DNA from: Eledone cirrhosa
Taxonomy: Eukaryota
Direction: 5' to 3'
DNA length: 64,000 nt
Assembly: GCA_964016885.1 (NCBI GenBank)
Contig: OZ024751.1
Span: 27,156,001-27,220,000 of the forward strand
Shown: one piece after another, positions 1 through 12,317 of the stretch
Layout of the letters: every line of letters begins with the position of its first letter
Numbering within the stretch: position 1 is the stretch's first letter
The notes under the pieces: generated by a model
Told to the model about the DNA's origin: nothing
The model's input: the letters and a program-made list of their open reading frames with translations, nothing else
The model's database searches: none
Translations under genes and position numbers: made by a program

Positions 1-1920
1 AGGGAAGAGCAGCATAAGGGCAGTCGACGGTAGGAAAATTGAATGCTGAGGTCGCAGCGAGGTGGAGATGGCGGTACGGGGAAGGAAAATAAGGCTTTCT
101 GCCATCGTAGTCGACAACGTGGTGGATGGGATCGGCGTGGTTATGGGCATGGATGCAATTGGCCGTCTAGGAGGCGTCACAGTGAACAACGTCGGTGTGT
201 CGTTTGGCAGCGCCGCATCGGTATGCGCTGTGAGTACGCGACAGGAGAACCAGAAGGTCCACGAGGAGAAATACCCCGCTTACACTGTGCAGGACAAAGA
301 CTTCAAGGCCGTGTTCGATGGGCAGCGATGGGTTGTTGAATGGTACTGGAAGGGAGAACCACCAACACTGAAGACCAAAGTGGGCTGCTATCAACACACA
401 TTGAAGGGAGACATTAGGAGCGAGCTCGAGCGAGAGGTAGAGAGATGGATTGAGGAGGGCATACTGCTTCCCTGGAAAGAGGAGGTGAAGTGCGGAGTAT
501 TGCCGTTAATGGCAGTGGCGCAACCCACGAAGAACAAGGTGAGGCCGGTACTGGACTTTCGGGAGCTGAACGAGCACGTGTCATGCCACACGGGTGGCGA
601 GGTCACGGATGTCTGTGGGGAAACCCTGCGTGAGTGGAGATGCATGACGGGGGGTTCCGCAATCGTAGATCTAAAGTCGGCATACTTGCAATTGCATATA
701 GATGAGAAGCTCTGGCAGTATCAGCTGGTCAGGTATAAGGGCCGGACATATTTCCTGACCAGGCTCGGTTTCGGGCTGAGCTCCGCACCGAAGATCCTCA
801 AGACCATTCTGGGAAAGGCCGACACGATGAAGAGGGCCACTAATTCCTACATTGACGACATCCTAGTGGACGAGTCTGTAGTGTCGGCGGCGGAGGTCAC
901 GAGCCATTTACAGGGGTATGGACTGGCTGCGAAGCCGTCAGAAGCGTTGGAGGGAGGAGCCGCGCTGGGACTTAGGCTACAGTGAGACAGGACGGGCGTG
1001 TTAGTATTCCAGAGGGGAAATGAAGTTCCAGAATTGGGCCCAAGTATGAGTAGGCGGGAGCTTTTCTTGGCGTGTGGAAAGTTGGTGGGTCACTACCCGA
1101 TTGCTGGGTGGCTCCAGACGGCATGCAGCTATGTCAAGAGATGAGCGGGAGGGGTGACTTGGAGTGACAGAGTGGGAGAGAGGACGGTGGCCATGATGCA
1201 GGAGATCGTGGGGAGGGTGAAGGCCGACGACCCAGTGCGGGGACGCTGGTATGTTCCCAAATCGCAGAGCGGGACCGTATGGTGCGATGCCAGCAACATA
1301 GCGCTGGGTGTTACGTTGGAGATAGGAGGTGTTGAGGTCAAGGATACAGCCTGGCTTAGGAAGAAGGACGACTGCAACCACATCAATGTGGACGAACTGG
1401 ACGCGGTGTTGAGAGGGGTGAACCTCGCCCTGAGGTGGGGACTGCGCACCATCAAGATACGCACCGACTCGGCTACTGTACTCGGATGGGTGAGATCAGT
1501 GCTCACCAGTGAGAAGAGAGTGCGAACGAGAGGGGCGGCAGAGATGCTGATAAAGCGCCGCCTGGGAACTTTAGGAGAGTTGACCACCGAGTTCGACCTG
1601 AGGCTGAGCGTAGTTTTCGTGCCCTCAGAGAAAAATAGAGCGGACGTTTTAACCAGGGTGAAGAAAGCCTGGATGGAAGCGCCGGAGGAGGTAGAAGAGG
1701 AGATAGCTGCCGTGTGTCGGCTGACCGAGTCGGATCTGAAATGGTTGCATGACATGCACCACATGGGAGTGGATAGGACTCTGTTCCTAACCAGGAGAAT
1801 CGACTCGGACGTTAACAGACACAGTGTTCAAAGAGTGGTTAGAGGCTGCGTCCGATGTCAGTCCATTGATCCCACCCCGGGTGTGCACGAAACGGGAAGC
1901 CTCCCGGTGGATCGCGACTG
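1..1920 (+). mobile_element. Ty3/Gypsy LTR retrotransposon pol fragment (protease end, RT, RNase H, integrase HHCC), inactivated and 3'-truncated
   Basis: ORFs 62-985 and 1154-1945 share one frame broken by TGA at 47, 983 and 1142. Motifs: VMGMD (protease end), VRPVLDFRELN, VDLKSAYLQL, RLGFGLSSAP, YIDDIL (RT); WCDAS, HINVDEL, IRTDS, NRADVLTR (RNase H); HDMHH...CVRC (integrase Zn finger). Similarity stops at about 1920. Confidence 0.93.
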
Positions 1921-2444
1921 CATGTGCTGCACAGGTCATTACTGACATGATCAGTAATGACCTGTGCAGCACATGCCAGCATGGAAAAATGAATTATGAT
2001 GGTGGTGGTGGTGATGATGATCCTGAGTATGGTGTGATATTAGGGAGATTTTGCTATTATTTCAAGCCTCATTGGTTCATAAACAATGAGGGGGAAAATT
2101 TTAGATATTTAATTGAAATTGAAAAAAAAAAAACAAAGAACACAAATGAAGTGAAGCCAATCTGGTTGAGAACAATTTTACTGAGTTATTTCAGTAGATT
2201 ATAATTGTGACAGAAAACACGGAATCAGTGACTTCAGTTAAAACACTAAGAAGATCTGTGAAAGGTAAAGATTTCTTTTTATTGAAACAATCATTTATCT
2301 TGACAACTCTAATCATATCACATATTTTCTTCTTCTGTTAGTGCTGTCAGCTTTGAAATAAGCTATTAGTTTAGTTTGGCAGACAACAGAAAATTCGATT
2401 TTGCCATAGTTATTATTCATTCATTTATTTATTTTATCTATTAT

Positions 2445-2626
2445 GGCGGATTGGCAGTATCGGTAGAGGGTCGGACGCCATGCTTTCCAGCATAGTTACG
2501 TCCCTTTATGATCTGAGTTCAAATCCCGCCGAGGTTAACTTTGCCTTTCATCCTTACGGGGTCGATAAAATAAAGTACCAGTAATGCACTGGGATAATTG
2601 CTGGCCTTGTGTCTAAAGTAGAAACA

Positions 2627-2658
<32 letters not shown>

Positions 2659-2850
2659 GAGGGCGGTGGATTGGCAGTATCGGTAGAGGGCCGGACGCCA
2701 TGCTTTCCAGCATAGTTACGTCCCTTTACGATCTGAGTTCAAATCCCACCGAGGTTGACTTTGCCTTTCATCCTTACAGGGTCGATAAAATAAAGTACCA
2801 GTAATGCACTGGGTAATTGCTGGCCTTGTGCCTAAAGTAGAAACAATTAT
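2445..2850 (+). mobile_element. Two tandem copies of tRNA-derived SINE family 1, separated by an (ATT)n tail
   Basis: About 190-bp unit with A-box-like TGGCAGTATCGG, B-box GAGTTCAAATCC, body GCCTTTCATCCTTACGGGGTCGATAAAATAAAGTACCAG and (ATT)n tail; recurs about ten times in the window. Confidence 0.85.
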
Positions 2851-3154
2851 TATCATTAGTTTACTTTTTGTGTGATGTCACTGCATTACTGAGCATAGTC
2901 CTGTGTGTCTTGGATAAGTGCAGTGTAGTTTTTGGTGGTACTGTTTCTATTGTATTGACAGTACAGTTTGTAATAGGTGTATAGTGCCTAGTAGTAATAT
3001 TTTCTGTGTGCTGTATGTCCTGAGGTTTTGATTATGTATCTGTGTGTATTTATTATTATTTTTTTTTTTTCATTTATCTTACTTTATGTTCAGTAATCAC
3101 CAAGTCACAACCAGTGACCTCAAGAGACAACAAGGTCCACCATGTTCAAGAAAG

Positions 3155-3202
<48 letters not shown>

Positions 3203-4250
3203 AACTGAATATAAGATTTGACATGATTGGGTGAGGTAATATATCCACTGGATAATATACAAAGAAAACTGCTATGAACACAAACAACAACCATTAACTG
3301 AAACTGAAGGAGCAACAATCCTTTGGGACTTTACCATTCACACAGATTGCATTATTAATGCAAACCTCTCTGATATTATTATTAAATATTTTAAAAACAA
3401 AACCTGCTTATTCATGGACATGTACTTTTGATGTAGTCCTCAGGGAGATTTCATGTGACACAGTGTGTGACAAGGCTGACACTTTGAATTACAGGTACAA
3501 CTCATATTTGTCAGCTGAATGAACTGGAGTAACATGAAATAAAGAGATTTGCTCAAGGACACAAAACTCTGCCAGGAATCTAACTTAAACGTTACAATCA
3601 TGAACCAAAACAGCTAACCATTTAACCAGATGCCTTCATGATGCCTCTCATATAATATCATTAATTCAGCAAATATTACTTTAATCAGTGGTAAGATACA
3701 AGAGCTCCAATGCAATGTCATCAATGCAAATAACCATTAATTCAGTGAATGGTATGATGGTATATTATCCAATATCAGCAACATAGCAACCATTGATTAA
3801 ACTAAAACATATAACACTCAGACATATATTGTGGCCATACTTTTACTGGTTTTAGTCATTAGACTGTGGCTATGCTGGGGTACTACCATTCAAGTTATTC
3901 AGTTGATCATATTGACTCCTGTGTTTGTTGAACTGCAAGTTTACAAGACAAAAACAAACAACACAAGTTGTTAAGCAGTGAAGACGTAAACACATACATG
4001 GACAGATACACACATACATATTTACATATATACATACACATATATATAGACAGACACAGATATATAACTAGAGCTGTCATTTACAATTGAGTATGACTTG
4101 ATAGCATGTATCAGATTCAGAGTAACTGCTCTCCTAGACAGGCTGCCCTCACTACAGTTTAAGGAGCCCATGTTTCCTCAATGCAGTCTTATTTCATTCA
4201 AAGTCACTGCTCCAAGTCAGGCTGTCTTCCCCATATTTCCCCATATTTCT

Positions 4251-4286
<36 letters not shown>

Positions 4287-4299
4287 CATCATCATCGTC

Positions 4300-4470
4300 G
4301 TTGGTATGGACGTGTGATGCGTAAATAGGTGCAGAGCACTAGAGGTCGATGTAAGCCGCAGAGTGGGGGAGACCCAAGAAGACCTGGGATGAGGTGATAA
4401 AAGCCGACCTTATCCAATTGCACCTCTCAAAGACGATGACACATGACCGTGACCTCTGGCGTCACGCAGT
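4300..4470 (+). mobile_element. RTE-clade LINE 3' coding fragment
   Basis: RRWYGRVMR and GRPKKTWDEVIKADL-type translation, typical of the RTE C-terminus. Confidence 0.65.
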
Positions 4471-4729
4471 AGTACAGAAGACCCCCCCCCCCCCCGGTAC
4501 AAACCGAAACTGAAGCATATAGACAATATGCCCCCACCTCCTCCCACTGCAAAGTGGTCGTGGAGGTGCCATAATGTTTTCCAATTTTTCATGCATTACA
4601 TGTAATATTGAAATGCAGAGTTTTTCTTTATAAATTATATCACTGATTTAAAATCAATCATCATTTTCTTACAAAAAAAATGTATGAAACACAGCAAAGC
4701 GTGGGTAATTCGGCTAGTATATTCTACTG

Positions 4730-5215
4730 AGATTTCTTGGCATTTCTTTACCCAGCGGTCATCCTCCATGCGCATCACATGTCCATGCCATCTCAGTCTT
4801 CTCTCCTGCACACCACAACTTATCCCTCTTATACCCAGTTTCTCTCTCAACTCATCTATGCTTGGTCGTTCACGCACATTGACATTGCACATCCAACAGA
4901 GCATGCTTACTTCATTTCTCTCCAGCCGTCACATATCTTCTGTAGTTGCTGCCCATGTCTCACTACCATGCAGCATCGCGCATCTCACACAGGCATCATA
5001 TAACCGGCCTTTCATACGCAGGGAGAAACCCTTCTTTGTCAACAGAGGAAGCAGCTCCCTAAACTTCTTCCAACCCGTCCTTATTCTAGATACTATGGCC
5101 TCGGAACACTCTGTACATAGCTTGCACTGTCCTCACAAGCCATTCCTCTACACATAGTTTTCTTAGGGACCACCAGATGACAGATCGGGGTACCCCATCA
5201 AAGGCCTTCTCTAAG
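4730..5215 (-). mobile_element. RTE-clade LINE RT C-terminal fragment
   Basis: ORF 4635-4904: MLCWMCNV...ELREKLGI...VQERRLRWHGHVMRMEDDRWVKKC. Confidence 0.8.
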
Positions 5216-5249
5216 TCAACAAAAGCTAAGTATAGTGGCTTATTCTTCT

Positions 5250-5549
5250 CTAATATTTATATATAATGCATATATATATATATATAATATATATATAATA
5301 TATACATAATATATATATATATAATACATATATAATATATACATAATATATATATATATATAATACATATATAATATATACATAATATATATATATAATA
5401 CATATATAATATATACATAATATATATATATAATACATATATAATATATACATAATATATATATATATAATACATATATAATATATACATAATATATATA
5501 TATAATACATATATATCTATATAATATATATATAATATATATAATATAT

Positions 5550-5646
<97 letters not shown>

Positions 5647-5654
5647 ATATATAT

Positions 5655-5708
<54 letters not shown>
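5250..5708. repeat. (TA)n-derived micro/minisatellite
   Basis: Direct reading. Confidence 0.95.
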
Positions 5709-5773
5709 GCTAACCCATGCTAGTGTGGAAAATGGACGTTAAACGAAGATGATGATGATGATGATGATGATAT

Positions 5774-6195
5774 GGAGGCACATGGCTATGGAGGCACATG
5801 GCTTAGTGGTTAGAGCATTGGCCTTGCAATCGAAAGGTTGTGAGTTCAATTCTCAGACTGGGTGATGTGTTGTTTCCTTGAGCAAGACACTTTATTTCAC
5901 ATTGCTCCAGTTTACTCAGCTGTAGAAATGAGATTATAGGGACTGGGGTCCCTATAATTCCACTGCAAAGTGGTCGTGGAGGTGCCATGGCAAAAAGAAA
6001 GCACCCAGCCCACACTGTAAAGTGGACGTGTAGGTACCACGGAAAAAAAAGCACCCAGCACTCACTGTAAATGAGGTTGGTGTTAGGAAGGGCATCCAGC
6101 TGTAGAAATCAAGCCAGAATCAGTTCCTGTCCCACCCTTGCAAGCAGGGAAAAGCAGATGTAAAATGAAGATGATGATGATGATGATGATGATAT
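5774..6195 (+). mobile_element. tRNA-derived SINE family 2 with RTE-like tail
   Basis: Head GGAGGCACATGGCTTAGTGGTTAGAGC...GAGTTCAATTC (A/B boxes), CCTTGAGCAAGACACTT central block, tail AGGAAGGGCATCCAGC...(GAT)n; near-identical copies at 10707, 17965 and 33236. Confidence 0.85.
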
Positions 6196-7112
6196 ATAAT
6201 ATATACATAATAATCTATATAATATCTATATAATATTTATATAATATATCATCATCATCATCAACGTTTAACGTCCGTCTTCCACGCTTGCATGGGTTTG
6301 GACGGGGGTTTTCCCACTTGAGGCAAGAGTGTTTGTCTTGCTCGCATAGGACTGTCTGGCGGGTTTTCTACAGTTGGATGCCCTTCCTAACACAAACCAC
6401 ATTTACAGTGTATATATATATATATATATAAGCAATGAATTATTTAATTTATTGATTATTCAACAAATTTAGTTTATAATAGATTAGAAACACTCAACAG
6501 ATTTCTTCTGTTCAAGGGTACCAAAATATTGGTACCCTTGAAATATATATAATAAAATAAATGTGGTTTTATAAAGATAGCTTCCATTTATTAATATTAT
6601 TGATATATATATATATGTTTTCATCAATTAAATTTCACTAACAAACATTAGTGTATTGCCTACCATGCCATACATTGGAACTAAAACCTAAACCACATAG
6701 CAGTGAAATGAACTTCTTAACCACCCACATATGCCTGCACCTTGAATAAGAATTTGATTGAAGTTGGCATAATTCCTGCAATATCAAATATTATTGAAGT
6801 TACATCAATATTATTTATTTCATGATCTGAGTAGATACTCTATCACTGCAGCAGCAGTAACAGCAGTAGCATCTCTTTGATAATCTATTGTAGCAGCAGA
6901 AATACTATCATTTTGATCATCTTAATAGATAATGTATTGCTGTAGCTGTAACATTATCTCTTTGATAATCTTAACAGATGATATATTGTTGTGGCAGTGT
7001 TATTATGTCTTTCATAATGTCAATTATTTTAAGAGTATTCCAATATGTAATCCAAACATAAAGAAACAGAATTATTGGTAAATAGTCCTGATTCTCCTGT
7101 TTACTCTGTTTA

Positions 7113-8426
7113 GTCAGCTTGGACAGTGAGTTTGACCTGTCAGCTTGGACAGTGAGTTTGACCTGTCAGCTTGGATAGTGAGTTTGACCTGTCAGCTTGG
7201 ACAGTGAGTTTGACCTGTCAGCTTGGACTGACTTTGACCTGTCAGCTTGGACAGTGAGTTTGACCTGCCAGCTTGGACAGTGAGTTTGACCTGCCAGCTT
7301 GGCCAGTGAGTTTGACCTGTCAGCTTGGACAGTGAGTTTGGCCTGTCAGCTTGGACTGTTTTTGACCTGTCAGCTTGGACAGTGAGTTTGACCTGTCAGC
7401 TTGGACAGTGAGTTTGACCTGCCAGCTTGGACAGTGAGTTTGACCTGTCAGCTTGGACAGTGAGTTTGACCTGTCAGCTTGGACAGTGAGTTTGACCTGT
7501 CAGCTTGGACAGTGAGTTTGACCTGCCAGCTTGGACAGTGAGTTTGACCTGTCAGCTTGGACAATGAGTTTGACCTGTCAGCTTGGACAGTGAGTTTGAC
7601 CTGTCTTCTTGGACAATGACTTTGACCTGCCAGCTTGGACAGTGAGTTTGACCTGCCAGCTTGGACAGTGATTTTGACTTGTCAGCTTAGACAGTGAGTT
7701 TGACCTGTCAGCTTGGACAGTGACTTTGACCTGTCAGCTTGGACAGTGACTTTGACCTGCCAGCTTGGACAGTGAGTTTGACCTGCCAGCTTGGCCAGTG
7801 AGTTTGGCCTGTCAGCTTGGACTGTTTTTGACCTGTCAACTTGGACAGTGAGTTTGACCTGCCAGCTTGGACAGTGAGTTTGACGTGCCAGCTTGGACAG
7901 TGAGTTTGACCTGTCAGCTTGGACAGTGAGTTTGACCTGCCAGCTTGGACAGTGAGTTTGACTTGCCAGCTTGGACAGTGAGTTTGACATGTCAGCTTGG
8001 ACAGTGAGTTTGACCTGTCAGCTTGGACTGTGTTTAACCTGTCAGCTTGGACAGCGAGTTTGACCTGTCAGCTTGGACAGTGAGTTTGACCTGCCAGTTT
8101 GGACAATGACTTTGACCTTTCAGCTTCGACAGTGAGTTTGACATGTCAGCTTGGACAGTGAGTTTGACCTGTCAGCTTGGACTGTGTTTAACCTGTCAGC
8201 TTGGACAGTGAGTTTGACCTGTCAGCTTGGACAGTGAGTTTGACCTGCCAGCTTGAACAGTGAGTTTGACTTGCCAGCTTGGACAGTGAGTTTGACATGT
8301 CAGCTTGGACAGTGAGTTTGACATGTCAGCTTGGACAGTGAGTTTGACCTGTCAGCTTGGACTGTGTTTAACCTGTCAGCTTGGACTGTGAGTTTGACCT
8401 GCCAGCTTGGACAGTGAGTTTGACCT
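7113..8426. repeat. 26-bp minisatellite, about 50 copies (GTCAGCTTGGACAGTGAGTTTGACCT)
   Basis: Head-to-tail units with occasional 24-bp variants; no spacers. Confidence 0.97.
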
Positions 8427-8577
8427 ACCATGCAGGGTCAGCTTCATGTCCAGGACTGAAGGTCTGGTTAATGGTCAAGATTAAGGTCAGGCTTATAACT
8501 AGAACTATAGTCAGCTTCATGGCTATAGTCACTATTAGGTTTACTTTTCCTCTCCCACACACACAAACTGCTGAACT

Positions 8578-9115
8578 GCACCTCCCCCACCCACCAACAT
8601 ATATAAACTCCACTCCACCTTCCCACCCCCAACATATATAAACTCCACTCCACCCCCACCCCCATATATAAATTCCACTCCACTCCCCATCCCCACCAAC
8701 ATATATAAACTCCACTCCACCCCCACCCCCACCAACATATATAAACTCCGCTCCACCCCCACCAACATATATAAACTCCACTCCACTCCACCCACCCCCC
8801 CACCAACATATATAAACTCCACTCCACCTCCCCCACCAACATATATAAACTCCACTCTACTCCACCCCCACCAACATATATAAACTCCACTCCACCCCCA
8901 CCCCACCCCCACACCCCACCAACATATATAAACTCCTCTCCCCCCACCAGCACCAACCAACATATAAACTCCACTCCACCCTCCACCCCCCCACCAACAT
9001 ATATAAACTCCACTCCACTCCACCTCCCCCCACCAACATATATAAACTCCCCCCACCCCCACCACCACCAACATATATAAACTCCACTCCACTCCACCCC
9101 ACCCCCCCTCACCAA
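8578..9115. repeat. C-rich minisatellite, 30-40 bp unit (CCACCAACATATATAAACTCCACTCCACCCC)
   Basis: About 15 copies with a constant core and variable C-runs. Confidence 0.95.
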
Positions 9116-10205
9116 GCCCTCCATACAGAAGGTGTTGGCAGCAGATGGACCTAATGACCAAATAGATTCAAATGGTTAAGAAGTCACTTCACAATCATAA
9201 TGTTCTGGGTTTGATCCCACTGCAAAACATTTTGGGCGTATTTTACTATAGCCTGACGTCATCCCAAGCCTTGTTAATAGAATTTGGTAGATGGAAACAT
9301 TTGGAAGCCCATCAGATGGAGTGTTACTAAAATTCAAATGGCCTATCATTGAATTCTTCCTGTAAATCGAGTTAAAGATTCATGTGTTTATGGAACATGA
9401 TAATTTAATGAGTAGGCCAACCCATTGATAAAAAATCTGAAACACTAATTGTCAAAATTGTTGAGGGTTCATTTAGTTACTGTTGGCAGTAAATATTCCT
9501 CACCTCTGATCCATCCAGGATAGTAAATTATATAAACAATAACCTCTTTCCCTGCAAGCACAACCCACAGACCTTTAAAAGTGCCAAGTGGTTAACTTGC
9601 TGTTATGTGAAGAATACTGCCAACAACACCTGGAGGAAGCCACACCTCACCACCACCATAAGACCTGGAAGATGCCAATCATGGGAGGAAAAAGATGTCT
9701 TTCTGTAAGATGACAACCCTGCCAAATTGTAGCCAAACCTTCTGGTCCTTTGCCAAGAGGGTCTCCTCTAACTTTGTAGAAACATCCTACTCACCACTTC
9801 TCAACCAACTATTATTGGAGAACATTACTATCAATGCATGTAAATGTATAATTATATGTCAGATATAAATAGTTATAAACTAACATACACACAGCAGATG
9901 CACAATTATATACATATAATTATAGGTACATACACATACTGAAACATACACACACATTTATATAGAGATAAAGAGAGCAAGAGAGAGAGTCAGACAGAGA
10001 ATGAGTAAAAGAGATATAGACAAACAGGTAGATAATAGATATGTTTCTTTTATTTGCCACCAGGGCATCAAAAGTGGGACAAGTACAATGGGGGGAGTTT
10101 ACAAAACAAGGCGTCCTCAATAGGGAGGAGGCAATAACAATATATAAAAATAAAATAAAATATAACAAAAAATAATTGCATTTATACACAAATGAAGTGA
10201 CACAT

Positions 10206-10270
<65 letters not shown>

Positions 10271-10706
10271 TTAAATGAGAAAAAACTCTAATTACAGGAG
10301 TATAAACAAGATAGACAGAAACATGTTTTTCCTCTAACTTATATATATAGATCTCCTTAGCATGGTTTCATATTATATATAATAAAAGGTGGTTCAGTAG
10401 GTGTATAGAATCAATAAAGACCTTAATGTGAAGCCTCACTTTCTTTTCAATACATTAGATTATATAGATTTAAAAGAATCGAAGTGTTGTAACATATGTA
10501 CAAACTTTATTTGTACATATGCTACATATTTTATATTACAATTGCTTCAATATCAATCAAGGTGTCGGGACCTTACACTCTTTTGACATCTCATTAGATA
10601 TGCGAGCTTATATGTTCAAAGACACAGGCCTCGAGTGTTTCGAACAGCGTGTTACATGTAACTGTTGTTACACACATAACTAACATATATAAATATATAT
10701 ATATAT

Positions 10707-11047
10707 GGAGGCACATGGCTTAGTGGTTAGAGCATTGGCCTTGCAATCAAAAGGTTGTGAGTTCAATTCTCAGACCGGGTGATGTGTTGTTTCCTTGAGC
10801 AAGACACTTTATTTCACATTGTTCCAGTTTACTCAGCTGTAGAAATGAGATGATAGGACTGTGGTCCATATCATTCCACTACAAAGTGGACGCGGAGGTA
10901 CCACGGAAAAAAGCACCCAGCACTCACTGTAAATGAGGTTGGTGTTAGGAAGGGCATCCAGCTGTAGAAATCAGCCAGAATCAGTTTCCGTCCCAGCCTT
11001 GCAAGCAGGGAAAAGCGGACGTAAAATGAAATGATGATGATGAATGA

Positions 11048-11050
<3 letters not shown>
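10707..11050 (+). mobile_element. SINE family 2 copy
   Basis: Closely similar to 5790-6195, flanked by (TA)n. Confidence 0.85.
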
Positions 11051-11082
<32 letters not shown>

Positions 11083-11084
<2 letters not shown>

Positions 11085-11317
11085 AGTATGTTTTGAAACA
11101 GTGAGCAGGTTTGAAATTAGAAAATATATAGCTTTCACCGTATTTTTGACTAAAGGAATTTTAGCCTGATAATGGGGTTTAGAACCCTCACATAAATGGA
11201 AAAAGATGAGTATTGACGTACATGTACGTCAATACTCATCTTTTTCCATTTATCTGAGGGTTCTAAACCCCATTATCAGGCTAAAATTCCTTTAGTCAAA
11301 AATACGGTGAAAGCTAT

Positions 11318-11329
<12 letters not shown>
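11083..11329 (-). mobile_element. Fold-back element family C: 214-bp palindrome (11116-11329) plus unpaired tail, in (TA)n
   Basis: 107-bp arms, one mismatch, no spacer, centre GTACA|TGTAC; body homologous to 11950-12100. Confidence 0.85.
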
Positions 11330-11358
<29 letters not shown>

Positions 11359-11529
11359 CGTGTTTGAACAATAAAAGCAGGTCAGATGTAGGAAGATAGT
11401 TAGTTCATTGTTTTACAATCGTTTCAGAATGTCGATTGATCTATGCAGATCGATGTACTGACTAGCATGGTAGTGGTTACATTACTACCTATTTCTAGTC
11501 TCGAAAACCCTATTCAATCAGCCGTCCTC

Positions 11530-11915
11530 CTCATAAACACCTAGAGGATGCCACACCTCATCACCACCATTAAACCTGGAAGATGCCAATCATGGGAGGG
11601 AGATGTCTTTCTGTAAGATCACAACCCTGCCAAATTGTAGCCAAACCTTCTGGTCCTTTGCCAAGAGGGTCTCCTTTAGCTTTGTAGCAACATCCACAAG
11701 AACTACCGGTCTCACTACTGAATCTCGCTGCAACCATCCTGCCAAGGAAAAATTGACATTCAGAGTTGACACTGTATTCAGTGCTCCAGTGGGAGCCTCT
11801 ACACAGACACACTAGAAGAGGGAGACCGAGATTGACATATATTGATGCCCTAAGGACAGACACTGGTCACTGGGAGAAGCTGGACATGGCAGAGACTGTT
11901 GGAGAGAACTTGTCC
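11530..11915 (+). mobile_element. LINE-derived fragments: a piece shared with 9630-9800 followed by an RTE C-terminus
   Basis: About 150-bp match to 9630-9800, then VLQWEPLHRHTRRGRPRLTYIDAL. Confidence 0.6.
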
Positions 11916-11949
11916 ATGGATCTCAGGAATTTTAACCACCATATATATA

Positions 11950-12220
11950 TAGGGAGATACAAAGCAGGCTTTCTTTACAAACAGCTAGCAAATTTGAAAA
12001 TTAGTTAGTACCATGTGCTTACACCGTATTTGACTACATAGAATTAGTCTGTTACTTAAAAACCTTCTGAATGGAAAAAAGGATGAGTTTTGACGTACAA
12101 GGGACACGAACCCACATCTTTGGTTTGCCGGACCAATGTGTTACCATTACACCAACACGCTACCCATGCTTCCTTCCATTCAATTAGAAGTGGTGTAAGC
12201 ACTTGTTACTACCTAATTTA
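11950..12220 (-). mobile_element. Fold-back element family C copy containing a tRNA-like cloverleaf (12091-12161)
   Basis: Inverted repeats at about 11999-12026 and 12192-12219, (TA)n flanks. Minus strand reads AGCGTGT TG GTGT AATGGTA ACAC A TTGGT CCGGCAA ACCAA AGAT GTGGG TTCGTGT CCCTT GTACGTC A. Confidence 0.7.
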
Positions 12221-12280
12221 TATATATATGTGCTAGAGTGGAAAATAGACGTTAAACGTTGATGATGATGATGATATGTA

Positions 12281-12317
<37 letters not shown>

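Noticed and set aside
983-1144. Programmed readthrough or selenocysteine at the Gypsy TGA codons
   Set aside because: Element is truncated in integrase; CpG decay is the simpler explanation.
7113-8426. CRISPR-like appearance of the 26-bp array (also the 40-bp array at 37101)
   Set aside because: No unique spacers, no cas genes, eukaryotic context.
12091-12161. Functional tRNA-Ala gene
   Set aside because: Mismatched acceptor and T stems, C at position 33, GGC anticodon atypical for eukaryotes, embedded in a repeat.
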